From Octopus vulgaris (lineage: Eukaryota), in contig OX597829.1 of the NCBI GenBank assembly GCA_951406725.2, positions 41,230,001 to 41,294,000 on the forward strand: a stretch of 64,000 nt of DNA, written 5' to 3'. Positions 61,984 through 64,000 of this stretch are shown here, in pieces. The notes under the pieces are model-generated. The model made no database searches, had not been told where the DNA came from, and saw only the letters and a program-made list of their open reading frames with translations. Position 1 is the first letter of the stretch. The number at the start of each line of letters is the position of its first letter. Both the position numbers and the translations under genes were made by a program.

Positions 61984-62001
61984 AAATCTTCCAACACATA
62001 C

Positions 62002-62085
62002 CTGTATATGCCACACACTCATCCCATCCTGGTCGCCGCCAAGCTGCCTCACGTGTTTCCTTCCTCGTCTGGAGGTCTTCATATG
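62002..62085 (-). CDS. Nipsnap: NipSnap homolog, penultimate exon ([28 protein letters not shown])
   Basis: Minus-strand acceptor ttcattag, donor GTATGT, 84 nt, phase 1-1. Confidence 0.94.
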
Positions 62086-62451
62086 CTAATGAAGTTATAA
62101 AAATGAAAATAATCAACAGAAGATAATTGCCGACAGTACATTCGTCACTGCATAAAAGCATGCATGGGTTATTAGGTAAGAAAACAAGGCAATGAAATAA
62201 GCAAGGAATAAATAAATACAAGTCGGAAGGACAGCACAAATTAATGCATTAACAGTGAGGATTTAACAAATTAGGACAAGCCAGAAGCATGGTTATATGC
62301 AGAAAATATGGTAAACAAAAATGTAGGATGAGACTTCGGTTAGAAAAGAATTTTCAGAAAAAAGCAATGCAGTGAAGAGAAGCAGTTAGTAAGAGAAAGA
62401 ATATGCATGCTTGCATGTATATGGTTGTGTGTGTGTTTGCGTGTTACATAC

Positions 62452-62537
62452 CCCACAAATGGTGCACATTGTACAGTGTCCCAAGATGGCTGAACAAGCC
62501 AGCTACAGCCCCAGGTCGGTGCCGAATGCCGCGCGCC
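62452..62537 (-). CDS. Nipsnap: NipSnap homolog, third-to-last exon (ARGIRHRPGAVAGLFSHLGTLYNVHHLW)
   Basis: Minus-strand acceptor cgttcag, donor GTATGT, 86 nt, phase 2-1; resembles the NIPSNAP1/2 segment WARAI..AVGGFFSQIG.LY.VHHLW (from recall). Confidence 0.92.
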
Positions 62538-62857
62538 CTGAACGTATATAAACGGGAAAAAGACCACATAGACAAAAAAGTGAACATTGGTGTAATAAGT
62601 GCTCTTAACTGTGCTTCTTGGGCAATGAGTATATGTATGTAGATATATAAAATCTATGTGTATACAAATATATATATATATATAAATATATATATCGAAA
62701 TCGATCAAAAACCAATGGAAATTGTAGTTGTGATACCAGTGCCGGTGGCACATAAAAAGATCCATCCAAACATGGCTGTTGCCAGCGCTGCCTCGACAGG
62801 CCTCTGTGCCGGTGGCACGTAAAAAGCACCAATCGATCTTGGCCGTTGCCAGCCTGT

Positions 62858-63140
62858 AAGTTAAAGGTTGAGTAGAACAATGAGCTCAGTTCTCAGCATT
62901 TTCCTGTTTATATAAGTCCTCCAAGCCTTAACAGAGGAATTTAAGACTGGCTGTCCCTGGGAGTTCCTTTATGTTGATGACCTTGTCCTTACAGCTGAAT
63001 CACTATGTGACCTCCTAGAGAAGAATTTTCAGGTGTGGAAGCAAGGCCCGGAATCTACAAAGCATAAGTTCCTTCAGGGAGATGACACTGCTCCATATGT
63101 AAGAAGGGTGTTGGTAGGAACTCCATTTGTTGTACTCAGT
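62858..63140 (+). mobile_element. RTE reverse-transcriptase fragment
   Basis: Translates SVLSIFLFI.VLQALTEEFKTGCPWEFLYVDDLVLTAES, a YADD-type RT motif. Confidence 0.75.
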
Positions 63141-63558
63141 GCAAGCTTTTACCTCTCTTTTATTCAAATATTTCATATTATACTTATTAAGGTACAAGTC
63201 TTGCTGACCAGCCCATTATTACTGTTTTTAACAGAAATAATGTTTCATATAGTTGCTTTTTTATTGTTTACGATAATTTTCTCTTTTAACAGAGCAGAAT
63301 GTTTAAAGTTTGAAATGTACACGAGTTGATGTAGTGAATATTTTTAAAATGAAGATTGCAAAGCATGTTTCTCATGCACAGCATGAAATCAATTGATATT
63401 GGGATATGTAAACTACCTTCAAATTCAATCCTGAAGGTAGGCCTATTTCTTGAAGTGTTCATTGCATTGCTCATGTGTGTATTTATTTATTGTAGGATTG
63501 GTGGTTTCTGAAGCTTTTGCTTTCATCTTTGGCAATCGGTATTTTTACCCTTCTTTTA

Positions 63559-63595
<37 letters not shown>

Positions 63596-64000
63596 TAGAA
63601 TTAACAAATTATTTTATACTGTATATATGTATGTTATTATGGTTATAGTTTTGATGATTGAATAAGGCGACATTATAATATCCTAAAGCTGATAAACCAA
63701 TTAATGTGTTTCTCCATTTTCTTATTTGTATTATATATATATATATACACACACACATATATCATATATATTTATATATATAAATATATATCATATATAT
63801 TTATATGTATAAATACATCATATATATTCATATGTATAAATATATCATATATATGATATATACAGCTATGGTGTGACCTCACCTGGAATTTGCATTACCC
63901 CTGTCTTGCCCAGATATTAATCGTCAGGAAACTGTTCAGTGATGGGCAACCAAGAGAATACCCTCCATCAGGCTTTTGCCATATTCTGAACACCTTACTT

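Noticed and set aside
60-63665. Most ORFs in the supplied track (e.g. [30 protein letters not shown] peptides)
   Set aside because: They are translations of SINEs, LINE UTRs and microsatellites that recur in many copies and lack splice context.
63860-64000. Possible further NipSnap exon (minus-strand CAG/GTGAG near 63880)
   Set aside because: The translation does not give the expected upstream NipSnap motif (PGTMIEWGN.W) and does not end in TG to complete the Trp codon.

Overview
This is AT-rich, repeat-dense eukaryotic DNA. The SINE, RTE-LINE and (TA)n content is typical of an octopod cephalopod (Octopus sp.; inferred from recall, not searched). It holds the complete coding region of a Bre1/RNF20-RNF40 E3 ubiquitin ligase: + strand, 18 coding exons from 4292 to 45554, all introns GT-AG with consistent phases, 3012 nt, 1003 aa, C-terminal C3HC4 RING. 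It also holds the last three exons of a convergent NipSnap gene (- strand, 62537 to 57638). Introns and the intergenic gap contain tRNA-derived SINEs, RTE and CR1-like LINE fragments, Helitron-type elements, piggyBac-, mariner- and Merlin-like MITEs, and microsatellites. The most notable non-genic signal is a set of minimal type I hammerhead ribozyme motifs. Two lie in related ~350-bp circularly permuted units (50657-51580 and 54689-55119) that look like a non-LTR retrozyme or Penelope-derived family. Others lie in (TA)n-embedded foldback elements, and one is in sense orientation inside Bre1 intron 15. Almost all entries in the supplied ORF track are spurious translations of repeats.
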